Of a DNA stretch of 64,000 nt, positions 36,657 to 46,758 are shown piece by piece; within the stretch, counting starts at the first letter, position 1, and every line of letters starts with the position of its first letter. Source of the DNA: Myxococcota bacterium (GTDB lineage: Bacteria > Myxococcota_A > SURF-8); contig OZ223209.1 in NCBI GenBank assembly GCA_965140415.1, positions 1,312,001-1,376,000 of the forward strand. Direction: 5' to 3'. A program made the position numbers and the translations under genes. The notes beneath the pieces are model-generated. The model searched no databases. It worked only from the letters and a program-made list of their open reading frames with translations, and was not told the DNA's origin.

Positions 36657-39600
36657 TCAATAACTGATCATCGGATCCTGGTTGTCCATGATGTCTTGCA
36701 GGGCGTTGGGAAGAATGTTGCGGATCGCCAGAACCAGTTTCTTTTCAAGCACCGGCTTGGAAAGGAAAGTGTCCGCTCCCATACTCAAGGCGCGTTGACG
36801 ATGCTTGGCTCCACCACGGGACGTGAGTACCACGATGGGCAATTGGGAAAACTCAAGCGAATTACGCACTCGCTCCATCAATTCGAACCCATTGAGATTG
36901 GGCATTTCCAGATCGACGATCATCACGTGCGGGCGGATGCCGTGCAGCTTTTGCCATGCGGCAAGGCCATCTTTGGCGGTATTGGCCTTGAATCCATGCC
37001 GTTCCAGCATGAGTTTGATCGTTTGGCGAACCGACAGGCTGTCATCGGCGATGAGCACCTTGATCTGTTGTTGCTGTTCGCTTGCGCGTTCCGTCGATTC
37101 CGGCAGGTCGAGGCTCTGTTCGAAAATAAAGGGAATGTTCAGCACCAGGCGCACTTCACCTTGCGGCGTAATGGTCGATCCCAGGAAATGAATGCAGGAA
37201 TCCAGAATCGGCGACAAAGGCCGGACGATGACGTCGTCGCGTCCCATGACCGCATCGACCATCAACGCCATGCGCTGATCACCGTTTTTCAGCACCACGA
37301 CCGGCTTTTCCAGGGACTCCACTTCTTGCCCGGTATGGAAAAAGCTTTTCAAGTGGCGCAGCGGTATCGGCTGGTCTTCGTGGATCATCCAGTCGCCAAG
37401 ATCGTTGGTTACGATTTCCGCGCGATCCGTATCGTAAATTTCTTCCACATAGCTCATTGACAGGCAGAGTACGTCCGTATCCGCCATGACCGAAATGATC
37501 GATTGCAGCGCCAGGGTCATCGGCAATTTAACAACATAGCGTGTACCGATTCCCAATTCGCTTTCCACCTGAATACTGCCATAGCTTTCGGAGATCGCGT
37601 GCCTTACGGCATCCATGCCGACACCGCGACCGGAAATGGAATCGACCGAGGAACGCGTGGAGATATTTGGGTGGAAAATCAGATTCAGAATCTCATCGTG
37701 CGTCAAACGATCCAGTTCATCCTCGGGCATCAGGTACTGTTTGCGCGCTTCTTCCAGGATGCGTTTGGTGTCGATGCCGCGTCCATCGTCGTCGATGCGC
37801 AGCACTACATGCTGCTTTTCCGCCATGGCGGAAAAGCGGATGGTGCCAGCCGAATCTTTTTTTTGGGTTTCTCGTTCACCCGGTGGTTCGATGCCGTGAT
37901 CCAGGCAGTTCCGGATAATGTGCACCAGCGAGTCCGCCAGTGTGGTGACAATCGCCTTATCCAGTTCAGTATCGCCACCATAGGTTTTGACTTTGACTTT
38001 CTTGCCCAGCATGCGCGCCAGGTTGTAGGTCTGAAATTCCAGTACGTGAAAGAGGGTGGAAACGGGCACCATGCGTACTTTGACCATCTCATCCTGAATC
38101 GAACTGACGAGTTGGTTGAAAGAGGAGCCTTCTTCGGTAAAACGTCCCAGCATTTCTTCCAGCAACTTGAAAACCGAACTGATTTTAAAGTCCAGTTCTT
38201 CCATGTTGCGAGCGAAAATAGCGAGTTCGTTGTACCGGTCGAATTCCAAATCGCTGAAGCCGCCCATGCTGGGACCAGACGTGTTAGATAACGGCAGATC
38301 CCATTGATGCTTGCGCTGAAATTCGCGAATGACCTTGTTCAGGTTTTTTCGTTCCCACTTGAATTTTTTGCTGACTCCGGCAAACGTTCCCACCAGTTCA
38401 TCCATGCGGGATCGATGGATACGCAACTCGCTCATCAGATTCATCAACAAATCGAGACGTCGCATGGAAACGCGAATCGTTGTAGAGGAACTTAGAGAAT
38501 CCTTCCCCGGTTCGGGGGATGGCATCGGCTCGGTCTGTTTTTCCTGGCTTGGTTCGGATTCCTGTTCCGTTTGCTGGTGTAGACCGATTTGACCGATCGA
38601 TTCTTTCATGGCGCGTTCGATCGAAGTGACCAGTTCCGCTCGTATTGCCGCCGCCTCTTCTTCATCATGTAGTGAGGCATCTAAAAGCAGCCGAAAGCCT
38701 TTGCCTGCTTCATAGAGCAACCCTAGTACCGTTTCATCCGGTCCCAGATTGGCTTGTTTATATTGGTCCAGAAAGTTTTCAAGCTGATGGGCGGAGTCGG
38801 CTAACAGGTGGAAACCCACAGTGGCTGCCGCACCTTTCAGCGTATGTACGACACGGAACAACTGATGAATCAGGTCTGGATTGTCCGGGTTCTTTTCCGC
38901 CTTCATAATCAAGGCGCTCAGATTGGCCAGATGTTCCTCGCCTTCGGTATGAAAAACCTTTTGCAGGTGGCTTTGGATGTCCTGTTGGCTGAGATTTGAA
39001 ATCTCCAGGGTCGGATCATCCATCACCGGTTTCGATTCGGGCGGCGGGCGGCGCCGTCTGAACAACTCCGGCAAACGCGTATCCGCTTCCAAAAAGAAAC
39101 CGCGTACCTGCTCGGAATGATGGGAATTGCCTTTCGATAGCTCCAATAAGGCTTCGGAGATCGAGGAAATACCAAGGCGGAACAGGACGACGGCGTCCTG
39201 ATTGAAATTTAGTTTGCCTTCATCGATCTGATCCAGAATGGTAATCAAAGCATCGATCAGGCGGATGATATCCACCAGTTCGATCATGCCCGCCGAGCCT
39301 TTGAGGTTCATCAGGTAGCGGAACAGGTTGCCGCGTTCGATACCGCTTTCAGGATGCTCGATCAGTCGTTCCAACGCTGCGGTCATTTCCGGTATCAGTT
39401 CCTTGGACTCCTCCAGAAACATGCGCAGCAGTTCGGTATTGAAATTGGATGGCAGCTCGAACGATGGGCTTGAGGCGCTGCGGTCGGCTTTGATATGCTC
39501 CCACAACTCCTCCAACTCATCCCATTGATGCTCTTCGATCAGCACCAGCATTTCATCAAGTACCGCCCGTATCGATGCCGAACGATTCGCGAAATCCTCA

Positions 39601-39851
39601 CCGGTCAAGACCGTGCTGGTAGCGGCCTGCTTGAACATGGTGTGAAACATTTCGCAGGCTTTGGCCATCGGGTCGCAACCGACCATACCGGCAACGCCTT
39701 TGAAATTGTGGATGGTGTCGCTGATAAGGGCGACATCTCCTTCCGCCATGGGACGATCGGCATATTCCTTTAAAAAGGCGTCTACCCGATTCAGGTAGCC
39801 ATTCGCCTCCGAAAGGAACATTTCAACCAGTTCTGGCTTGATTTCGCTCAT
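36657..39851 (-). CDS. cheA: CheA-CheY hybrid kinase (ChpA/PilL-like) with three Hpt-type domains
   Basis: HNFKG, MNLKG and HTLKG Hpt motifs; HIIRNCLDHGIE, DDGRGID, SGRGVGMD; CheW and REC domains. Confidence 0.93.
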   Translation of the reverse strand: MSEIKPELVEMFLSEANGYLNRVDAFLKEYADRPMAEGDVALISDTIHNFKGVAGMVGCDPMAKACEMFHTMFKQAATSTVLTGEDFANRSASIRAVLDEMLVLIEEHQWDELEELWEHIKADRSASSPSFELPSNFNTELLRMFLEESKELIPEMTAALERLIEHPESGIERGNLFRYLMNLKGSAGMIELVDIIRLIDALITILDQIDEGKLNFNQDAVVLFRLGISSISEALLELSKGNSHHSEQVRGFFLEADTRLPELFRRRRPPPESKPVMDDPTLEISNLSQQDIQSHLQKVFHTEGEEHLANLSALIMKAEKNPDNPDLIHQLFRVVHTLKGAAATVGFHLLADSAHQLENFLDQYKQANLGPDETVLGLLYEAGKGFRLLLDASLHDEEEAAAIRAELVTSIERAMKESIGQIGLHQQTEQESEPSQEKQTEPMPSPEPGKDSLSSSTTIRVSMRRLDLLMNLMSELRIHRSRMDELVGTFAGVSKKFKWERKNLNKVIREFQRKHQWDLPLSNTSGPSMGGFSDLEFDRYNELAIFARNMEELDFKISSVFKLLEEMLGRFTEEGSSFNQLVSSIQDEMVKVRMVPVSTLFHVLEFQTYNLARMLGKKVKVKTYGGDTELDKAIVTTLADSLVHIIRNCLDHGIEPPGERETQKKDSAGTIRFSAMAEKQHVVLRIDDDGRGIDTKRILEEARKQYLMPEDELDRLTHDEILNLIFHPNISTRSSVDSISGRGVGMDAVRHAISESYGSIQVESELGIGTRYVVKLPMTLALQSIISVMADTDVLCLSMSYVEEIYDTDRAEIVTNDLGDWMIHEDQPIPLRHLKSFFHTGQEVESLEKPVVVLKNGDQRMALMVDAVMGRDDVIVRPLSPILDSCIHFLGSTITPQGEVRLVLNIPFIFEQSLDLPESTERASEQQQQIKVLIADDSLSVRQTIKLMLERHGFKANTAKDGLAAWQKLHGIRPHVMIVDLEMPNLNGFELMERVRNSLEFSQLPIVVLTSRGGAKHRQRALSMGADTFLSKPVLEKKLVLAIRNILPNALQDIMDNQDPMISY

Positions 39852-39857
39852 GCCCGC

Positions 39858-42122
39858 CTATTCATCCGTAGAGGAAGTAGGATCCGTTTCATCATCGTTG
39901 GAAGCGCGCTCTGAATTCGAATCGGATGGTGCGTTTTCGGCGGCAAAATCGGATTGTTCGAAAATACCCACCACGCGATCGCGTTCTTCCATAGACGGAC
40001 CCGGAATCATCCAATCCAGCCCCGAGTTACGTTCCAGTTCGCTGCGCAACCTGAAATTACGAATGACGACGTTCAGCGTATTCAAGGGAGACATCAGGTT
40101 GGTGGTTTCATTGGTGGTGCGATAAATACCCTCAGTCGTTTCCTTGGAAACCTGGTAGATCGATTTGATTTCCTCCACCATTTCGTCCATCTGCGTCACC
40201 ATGGTGCGCGAGACTTTGGAGATTTCCAGAATTTTTTCTGCGGCGGAAAGAATCACGGATTCGATCTGTTTCAGTGTGTTACCGGCTTGATCGGTCTGTG
40301 ACCAGCCCTGTTCGACATCATGCGTAACTTCCTCCATCGACAGCACGGCATCGTTGGTTTCGATCTGGATGTCTTCGATCAACGACGAAATCTCTTTGGT
40401 TGCGTTGGTCGTGCGTTCCGCCAACTTGCGGATTTCATCCGCCACGACGGCAAAACCCTTACCCTGCTCACCGGCCTTGCTGGCTTCGATGGATGCATTT
40501 AACGACAGTATGTTCGTTCGTGCGGAGATGTCGTTGATCAGTTCGACGATGGCGTTGATTTCCAGGCTGCGGTCGCCCAGCATTTTAATGGTCTTGGCGG
40601 TGGACTGCACGTTACTGCGCATGCGCAACATGTTCTGAATGGTGTCGTTCACGCGCGAAGCGCCGTCTTTGGCCGAAACCGTGGCGCGCTGCACTTCCTC
40701 GTTGGCCATATCCGCCGAAATGGATACGCGCTGCATTTGACGAGTGGCCTGTTGCGCCAGACTGGTGATGTGGTGAATTTCCCGGCCTTGTCGTTTGGCA
40801 TCCACCGCGATTTTACGGGAGGCATCCATAATCGAGTTGGAGGCCATCGAAATCTTTCTGCCGGATTCCTTGACCTGGGCGATGACTGTGGACATGCTTT
40901 CCAGAAGCATGTTCAGACCATCTACAACCGCGCCCAACACTCCAACGGTCACCGGGCTGCGTTGCGTCAAATCGCCTTCACTGGCTTTACTGACGATGTT
41001 CAATAACGACATGATGTTTTGTTGCAGCTTTTTGCGGTCTTCTTCGCTCTGGATGAGTACCGTGATGTCTTCGAGCATACGGTTGATTTCGCTTCCGAGT
41101 TCCATGAAATCGTCGCTCATCATCGAAAGTCTCACACGGCGGCTGTAGTCACCGCCGCGAATGGCGTATGCGGTTTTTTTCAGTTCTTTGACCGGAGTTA
41201 AAATGCGACGATTGGTTATTCGGAACAGTAAGTACATGATCATGATGCCGAACAGCGTACTAAAGAGCAGAATCCAGTAGCTGGTATTCGTTACCCGCAG
41301 GGATTCTTCATCGATTTGCAACAATGTCTTATTGATGCCGGCCAGTGAATCTTGAACTTCTTCCAGCACCGATGCCGTCAGTCCACCCATGGAAGAGACA
41401 ACCGACAGCGAGTAGGGGGTGCCCTTTATCGGGGTTACGACGATGAATTTTTCCTCGGACTCTCCAGGAGTTGTTCCCGGACGGGCGTTTGGGGAAGTGT
41501 TTTCGTCAACCGGAATATAGGCGCTTCCGTCTTTCCCCTTCACTTCGCGATAAACTTCCGATACCGTACCGATGTTGCCCTGCACGGAGGGATTCTCCCG
41601 AAGTTGTCCCAGTATACGGAGATAGTCCTTCTGCTGAATGACGCGTACTACCAACGGCAGGCTATGGCTCAGATTTTCACCCGAATCGATAAACTTATCC
41701 AGCAGCACTTTGTCCAGAATCGGATTGATGATGGAAATCTGGCTGTCCTGACCGATGCGTTCCGTTTGCACCATTTCCAGCAGGTGCGGATCGGAAGGGA
41801 TTTCACTTTCGATCAAGTTGCGTAGCGAAACGATCATAGCCGCCTCGCCAGCCAGGGTTTCCGCTTTCTGAATCGCGGAAAGTTTGAACATCTTCTCCGT
41901 GGTGGCCAGTGCGATACTGAGCGAATCGTTGGTGTGGGAATACGTTGCGTTCGTTCTTGTTTTAATGGTCAACAGCCCACCATTGACGATCAGAATCAGA
42001 GAGATCATGCAAAGATAGGGGACGGCAAAAGCCAGCAGAATAACCACGGCCAGACGTTTTCGAAGGCCATGCAGCCAGCCCTGTCGCTGTTCTTGTGATT
42101 TTTCTTGATCCGAATACGTCAT
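39858..42122 (-). CDS. Methyl-accepting chemoreceptor (PilJ-like)
   Basis: Two TM helices, [51 protein letters not shown]. Confidence 0.95.
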   Translation of the reverse strand: MTYSDQEKSQEQRQGWLHGLRKRLAVVILLAFAVPYLCMISLILIVNGGLLTIKTRTNATYSHTNDSLSIALATTEKMFKLSAIQKAETLAGEAAMIVSLRNLIESEIPSDPHLLEMVQTERIGQDSQISIINPILDKVLLDKFIDSGENLSHSLPLVVRVIQQKDYLRILGQLRENPSVQGNIGTVSEVYREVKGKDGSAYIPVDENTSPNARPGTTPGESEEKFIVVTPIKGTPYSLSVVSSMGGLTASVLEEVQDSLAGINKTLLQIDEESLRVTNTSYWILLFSTLFGIMIMYLLFRITNRRILTPVKELKKTAYAIRGGDYSRRVRLSMMSDDFMELGSEINRMLEDITVLIQSEEDRKKLQQNIMSLLNIVSKASEGDLTQRSPVTVGVLGAVVDGLNMLLESMSTVIAQVKESGRKISMASNSIMDASRKIAVDAKRQGREIHHITSLAQQATRQMQRVSISADMANEEVQRATVSAKDGASRVNDTIQNMLRMRSNVQSTAKTIKMLGDRSLEINAIVELINDISARTNILSLNASIEASKAGEQGKGFAVVADEIRKLAERTTNATKEISSLIEDIQIETNDAVLSMEEVTHDVEQGWSQTDQAGNTLKQIESVILSAAEKILEISKVSRTMVTQMDEMVEEIKSIYQVSKETTEGIYRTTNETTNLMSPLNTLNVVIRNFRLRSELERNSGLDWMIPGPSMEERDRVVGIFEQSDFAAENAPSDSNSERASNDDETDPTSSTDE

Positions 42123-42150
42123 GAGTTTCCTCGATTCCTATCGGAGGTGT

Positions 42151-42666
42151 TCATGTTGCAATACCTGATTTCTTGATTTCGCGCCGCGTAATGACTCGTA
42201 TCAGATGTACCAGCTTCTCCGCATCCAACTCTACGCGCGGGATGTCATCGACTACGAATGCATGGCAACTGATTTCGGAATCCATCGTGGTTTTTGATTC
42301 ATCGGCGACAGAGACAATAGCCCCGATTTCGTCGGCCAGAATACAAAAACCGTACTCTTCGGTTTGCACCAGCAAGCTGCGTTTTCCCTTGGCTCTCCAA
42401 ATCACGGTGGGTTTTCCGAATAGCGCACCGATATCGAGCACCGGCAGCGCCACGCCGCGAATATTGGTCAAACCCAAAATAATTGTGGGGGTCAATGGGA
42501 TCGGAGTGATGTTGTCCAGGTAAAACGCCTGTACCAGGATATCGGTCGGAATCGACCAGAACCGTGTTCCCGTGCGGAACAGCAAGTATTCCTTGCGTAC
42601 TTCCGTTTCTCGTCCCATTTCCGACAAGGGCCAGGGGACCGGTTCGGTTTTATCCGCAGCGCTCAT
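42151..42666 (-). CDS. cheW: CheW-like adaptor (PilI-like)
   Basis: ITPIP...ILGLTNIRGxxLPVLD. Confidence 0.9.
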   Translation of the reverse strand: MSAADKTEPVPWPLSEMGRETEVRKEYLLFRTGTRFWSIPTDILVQAFYLDNITPIPLTPTIILGLTNIRGVALPVLDIGALFGKPTVIWRAKGKRSLLVQTEEYGFCILADEIGAIVSVADESKTTMDSEISCHAFVVDDIPRVELDAEKLVHLIRVITRREIKKSGIAT

Positions 42667-42808
42667 AATAGCCCTGTTCGTAGTTGGTTGTGTTTCGATC
42701 GGTTAGACTTTGAGAATGCAGTGAATCCGATCGTACCTTTGCCTTGTCCGACAAACTCTGGTTCGGAACGATCGTGACCTGACAGTGTCTTGAAGCGGGA
42801 AGTGGAAC

Positions 42809-43192
42809 TCATGCTTCGGAGCCGGATTGTTTAAGCAGGAAACTTTCCACAGCTCGAACCAGTTTTTCCATGCTGAACGGTTTGGCGATATATTTATCGG
42901 CGCCCTGTTTCAATCCCCAGTAGCGGTCGCTTTCTTCTTTCCGTGCGGAAATCATGATGATCGGGATAACCCGGTAACGATCGTCCGACTTGATTGTTCG
43001 ACAGAGCTGGTAGCCGTCCTTGCCCGGCATGACCACATCCAGAATCAGCAGGTCGGGAGTATCCTCATCCATCAGCCGTTCCACTTCAGGACCGTCGCCG
43101 GCTTCAATCGTTTCGAATCCGGCCTTCTGCAATGCATCGGCCATCATGCGCCTTTCCGTAGGTGAATCGTCGGCAATCAAGATTTTTGCCAT
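42809..43192 (-). CDS. Single-domain response regulator (PilH-like)
   Basis: ILIADDSPTE, LDVVMPGKDGYQLCR, DRYWGLKQGA, KPF. Confidence 0.92.
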   Translation of the reverse strand: MAKILIADDSPTERRMMADALQKAGFETIEAGDGPEVERLMDEDTPDLLILDVVMPGKDGYQLCRTIKSDDRYRVIPIIMISARKEESDRYWGLKQGADKYIAKPFSMEKLVRAVESFLLKQSGSEA

Positions 43193-43446
43193 GTTTTCCT
43201 TCCCAACTCGCAGACGGATTGTCCACGCCTTTTAATTGAGTTCACGCCCTTGTAATTACTAGCATATTATTGTTTACGAGTCAACATGGCGAATCTACTT
43301 AAAATACAGCATCTTGCCGCTATGATTGGCTGAAAGAGGGGAGTAGGAAAATGCTCACCCTGGCTTTTACCTTGCATTTCCATTGGTTTAACCCTATAAA
43401 AGTGACCGAACGATGGACCTACTTTAATTGATGGGGACATGTGGAT

Positions 43447-44322
43447 ATGCTAGCTGCTCTGCTCAGTTCCATGAGGCCGAAACATTGGGTGAAAAACTTC
43501 ATTATTTTTGCACCCTTGGTGTTTTCGAACAACCTGTTCGTTTTGCAACCGGCGTTGCGTGCGTTGGCGGCTTTCGGGATTTTCTGTTTGTTGGCGGGTT
43601 CCGTATATCTGCTGAACGATCTGTTCGATATCGAGAAGGATCGCCAGCATCCGGTCAAATGCAAGCGCCCGCTGCCGTCCGGCAAGCTTAAACCGCAGAT
43701 CGCGATTGTCGTGCTGATCGCGATGAGCCTGGGTTCATTGGCTGCGGCCTTTACGATTGACCTGCTGTTTTTCTCGTTTGCGCTGGCCTACTTCGTGAAC
43801 AATCTGGCATATTCGACCTATGTGAAGCACATCGTGATTGTCGATGTCATGTCGATCGCCTTTGGCTTTGTGCTTCGGGTGCTGGCCGGTGCGGCGGCAA
43901 TCGACGTGCCCACCACGCCCTGGTTGTTGATGTGCACCGTATTGCTGGCGTTGTTTTTGGGCTTTGCCAAACGCCGTCACGAACTGGTCCTGCTAAACGA
44001 TCATGCGGACTCGCACCGCAAGGTTCTGGTGCACTACACGCCGTATTTCCTGGATCAGATGATCATGATTGTCGCGGCTTCGACGGTCATGAGCTATGCG
44101 CTCTATACGATCTCTCCCGAGACGGTGGCACACTTCGGTACCAAGAACCTGATCTACACCATTCCCTTTGTCCTTTATGGTCTGTTTCGCTACCTTTATC
44201 TGGCGCACCTGAAAGACGAAGGCGGCAGTCCTACCCGCGTGTTGCTGACCGACAAGCCACTGATGTTCAACATTTTCTTGTGGCTGGCCAGTTGCGTGTT
44301 GATCGTTGAAGGTGTGTTGTAA
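43447..44322 (+). CDS. Decaprenyl-phosphate phosphoribosyltransferase-like UbiA-family protein
   Basis: MRPKHWVKN, YLLNDLFDIEKDRQHPVK.KRPL, KRRHEL. Confidence 0.9.
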   Translation: MLAALLSSMRPKHWVKNFIIFAPLVFSNNLFVLQPALRALAAFGIFCLLAGSVYLLNDLFDIEKDRQHPVKCKRPLPSGKLKPQIAIVVLIAMSLGSLAAAFTIDLLFFSFALAYFVNNLAYSTYVKHIVIVDVMSIAFGFVLRVLAGAAAIDVPTTPWLLMCTVLLALFLGFAKRRHELVLLNDHADSHRKVLVHYTPYFLDQMIMIVAASTVMSYALYTISPETVAHFGTKNLIYTIPFVLYGLFRYLYLAHLKDEGGSPTRVLLTDKPLMFNIFLWLASCVLIVEGVL

Positions 44323-44329
44323 CAGGTTG

Positions 44330-45889
44330 CTATTGAATCACCTTGAGCGGGCTGATCGGGTTATTTTCATTTGAATTTGCCTGTTCCGATTCGGAATCGG
44401 ATTTTCGAACGTAGACTTTCTGGCTGTCGATGCGGAAACCGTCCTTTTTCTGCCAGCGGATAACCGACATCTGCTGCTCGCTTTTTTTATAGCGTTGCTC
44501 CACTTCCCCACGGCAGAAATCCGGTAAAGCGTTTAAATCTCCCACAATCGTTGAATATTCTTCGCTCAGGATCGGTTCGAGCAATTTCTTCTTGTGCAGT
44601 TTGGCATTGCGTCGGTCGCGCATGAGATCGTCGATCAGGCTCAGGTGAGCCACGTTGTTCTTGTGTAATCGCGAGGTCAAATTCCCACTTTTCATCACCC
44701 AGACTTTCCCTGGCGTATGCTGCAACAGTTGCAGCGATTCTTCCCCGCTGCGGCGCATCTTCTCTGTTGGAATGAAGTTGCCTGGATTGTAGACGAGCAT
44801 GCCGAGTTGAAAGAGAAAAATGAGCAGCAGAAAATGAAGCGGCTGCCACTTGATCGTGGAATCCTCTATTTGTTCTTTCGCCATTCCGATGGCCAGTCCG
44901 GCTCCAATGGCCAGAGCGGCGTGCAGGGGAATCAAGGTGTTTAGCGCTCCGCCGATTTTAATGCGACCAAGAAAGGCCGCTGCGAGCGAAGCGCCGAACA
45001 GAATGAGATAAAACAGGCGCTCTTTGCACGATCCGTCCTTGTTGCCTGCGCAGAAATAGCTGATCGCCAGTACCGTTGCCAAGCCCATCGGCCATAGCCA
45101 GTCCTGTTGCCAGAAGCTTTCCAAGCGACCATGGATCATCCCGTGCCGAGCAGGGACGGTGACTGTGTAATAGAAAAACAGATCGCCGTACATCAGATAC
45201 ATGGTCAGTAGCGAAAGCGCAGCGAAACCGAAAAAGGAGCCGAGCAGCCAGCTCCAGCCGTTTCTGCGCCGCAATATGGCCCAAAGCAACAGCGCTCCCG
45301 CAAAACCCAGTGCCGTCTGTTTTGCGAGAACGGCAAGAACCAGCAGGCCGCCGGCAACGATCTGATCCAAAGGCCGTTTGGCAAAGCGCACCCATACCGC
45401 TGCCCATAATATCAGTGCCATGCACAGCATGTCTACGCGCGCCAGATCCAGCCAGTAGGCGTTGATCGAGTAGGACGCGGCAAAGAGTCCCGCTCCCAGA
45501 ATCCCGGCTCCGTGCTGCCCGGTTTCCCGTTGGATCAGGCGGTAGATCGCGCCGAAACAGGCCAGTGTGGACAGAATACTGATCAGGCGCAAAGGGAGCA
45601 GGCCGACTCCGAAAATCAGGCTCAATACGCCGGAGAGGTAGTAATACAGCGGAGTGTAAGGGAAGGGGATGTATTCCAGTGAAGGTTCGGCGTAGAGGTT
45701 GCGCCCTTCGAGCAGCCAGCGTACCTGATCGACCATGGCTCCTTCGACCCATTCCAGATCGTACGGAAATCCTGCCCGCCAGAGTGCGAGCAAAACGAAT
45801 GCCAGGATAAACCAAACGGCGGCCAACAGGCTTAAAGCGTATAGGGGGGACCACCACGGAATAGAGATCATGCGATGGGGCATGTACAT
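44330..45889 (-). CDS. GT-C fold membrane glycosyltransferase (ArnT/PMT-like)
   Basis: DLEWVEG loop, YTPLYY, ARVD, LAKQT, many TM helices. Confidence 0.8.
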   Translation of the reverse strand: MYMPHRMISIPWWSPLYALSLLAAVWFILAFVLLALWRAGFPYDLEWVEGAMVDQVRWLLEGRNLYAEPSLEYIPFPYTPLYYYLSGVLSLIFGVGLLPLRLISILSTLACFGAIYRLIQRETGQHGAGILGAGLFAASYSINAYWLDLARVDMLCMALILWAAVWVRFAKRPLDQIVAGGLLVLAVLAKQTALGFAGALLLWAILRRRNGWSWLLGSFFGFAALSLLTMYLMYGDLFFYYTVTVPARHGMIHGRLESFWQQDWLWPMGLATVLAISYFCAGNKDGSCKERLFYLILFGASLAAAFLGRIKIGGALNTLIPLHAALAIGAGLAIGMAKEQIEDSTIKWQPLHFLLLIFLFQLGMLVYNPGNFIPTEKMRRSGEESLQLLQHTPGKVWVMKSGNLTSRLHKNNVAHLSLIDDLMRDRRNAKLHKKKLLEPILSEEYSTIVGDLNALPDFCRGEVEQRYKKSEQQMSVIRWQKKDGFRIDSQKVYVRKSDSESEQANSNENNPISPLKVIQ

Positions 45890-46131
45890 AACCCTTTGCG
45901 TTTACGATGATCTTTGTCCGTAGCGTGTTTGTATATTACTCAGGAACTAGTCACATTGCAAGCATAAAATTCACTTAATTGGAGTAAAAAATAGCGATTG
46001 TTTTTTTGTAAGAATTGCTTTCTGTTTTTGCTTGATTGGGCAAAGTCCGAATGTCACGGATGCAAGTGCAAGAGTCGTTGCAGGCAGGTCTATGCAACGT
46101 CTCCTAGAGTTTCATGTTGTCTCACGCTGTT

Positions 46132-46725
46132 TTAGAAGTTGAACTGCAACCCGCCCATGCCATGCACCATGTGGAGGCCGCCGCCCTGATCGCCGTCGAC
46201 CAGATACTTGTATTGTCCCATCAACAGCAGATCCAGGTTGGAGATTACGCGGTAGGAAAACCCGAACGAGCCACCGGCATGAAACTGCACCTGGTCGTCT
46301 TCGATGAAATGACCGTTGGATACGCCCATCAGCGCGGCGATAAAGATTTTCCAGCCCGGCAGCGGAATGACGAACTTGAAGTTGATCGAAATATCGGTGA
46401 TACCCGCATTGTCGGGCGGTTCGGCGTCGCTGTCCCAGGCGGACTTATTATCCCCGCCTTTGTAATCCAGCCGGTAGAGAATTGTCTGGGGCGAGATGTG
46501 AAAAGTGCTGATGACCGGAATGTCCACGTAAAACCCGTAGGATTCCGTGATTTTGTAGTTGTACTTGTTTTTAAAGGGGAACATGGCTCCGGCGATGACG
46601 CCCAAACCCACCTGTCGATTGCCCGGTCCGATGCCGCCGTCTTCTTCCTGTGCCTGAGCCAAAGGCAACGAAAGCATAAACACAAACACTACGATCGCCA
46701 CCCGGATCAGCATGGTCCGCATCAT
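46132..46725 (-). CDS. Small outer-membrane beta-barrel protein
   Basis: Signal peptide (AQA), beta-strand pattern, C-terminal GLQFNF. Confidence 0.7.
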   Translation of the reverse strand: MMRTMLIRVAIVVFVFMLSLPLAQAQEEDGGIGPGNRQVGLGVIAGAMFPFKNKYNYKITESYGFYVDIPVISTFHISPQTILYRLDYKGGDNKSAWDSDAEPPDNAGITDISINFKFVIPLPGWKIFIAALMGVSNGHFIEDDQVQFHAGGSFGFSYRVISNLDLLLMGQYKYLVDGDQGGGLHMVHGMGGLQFNF

Positions 46726-46758
46726 CCACCTCTTCGTTTTGACGCCACCGGTCTAGAA

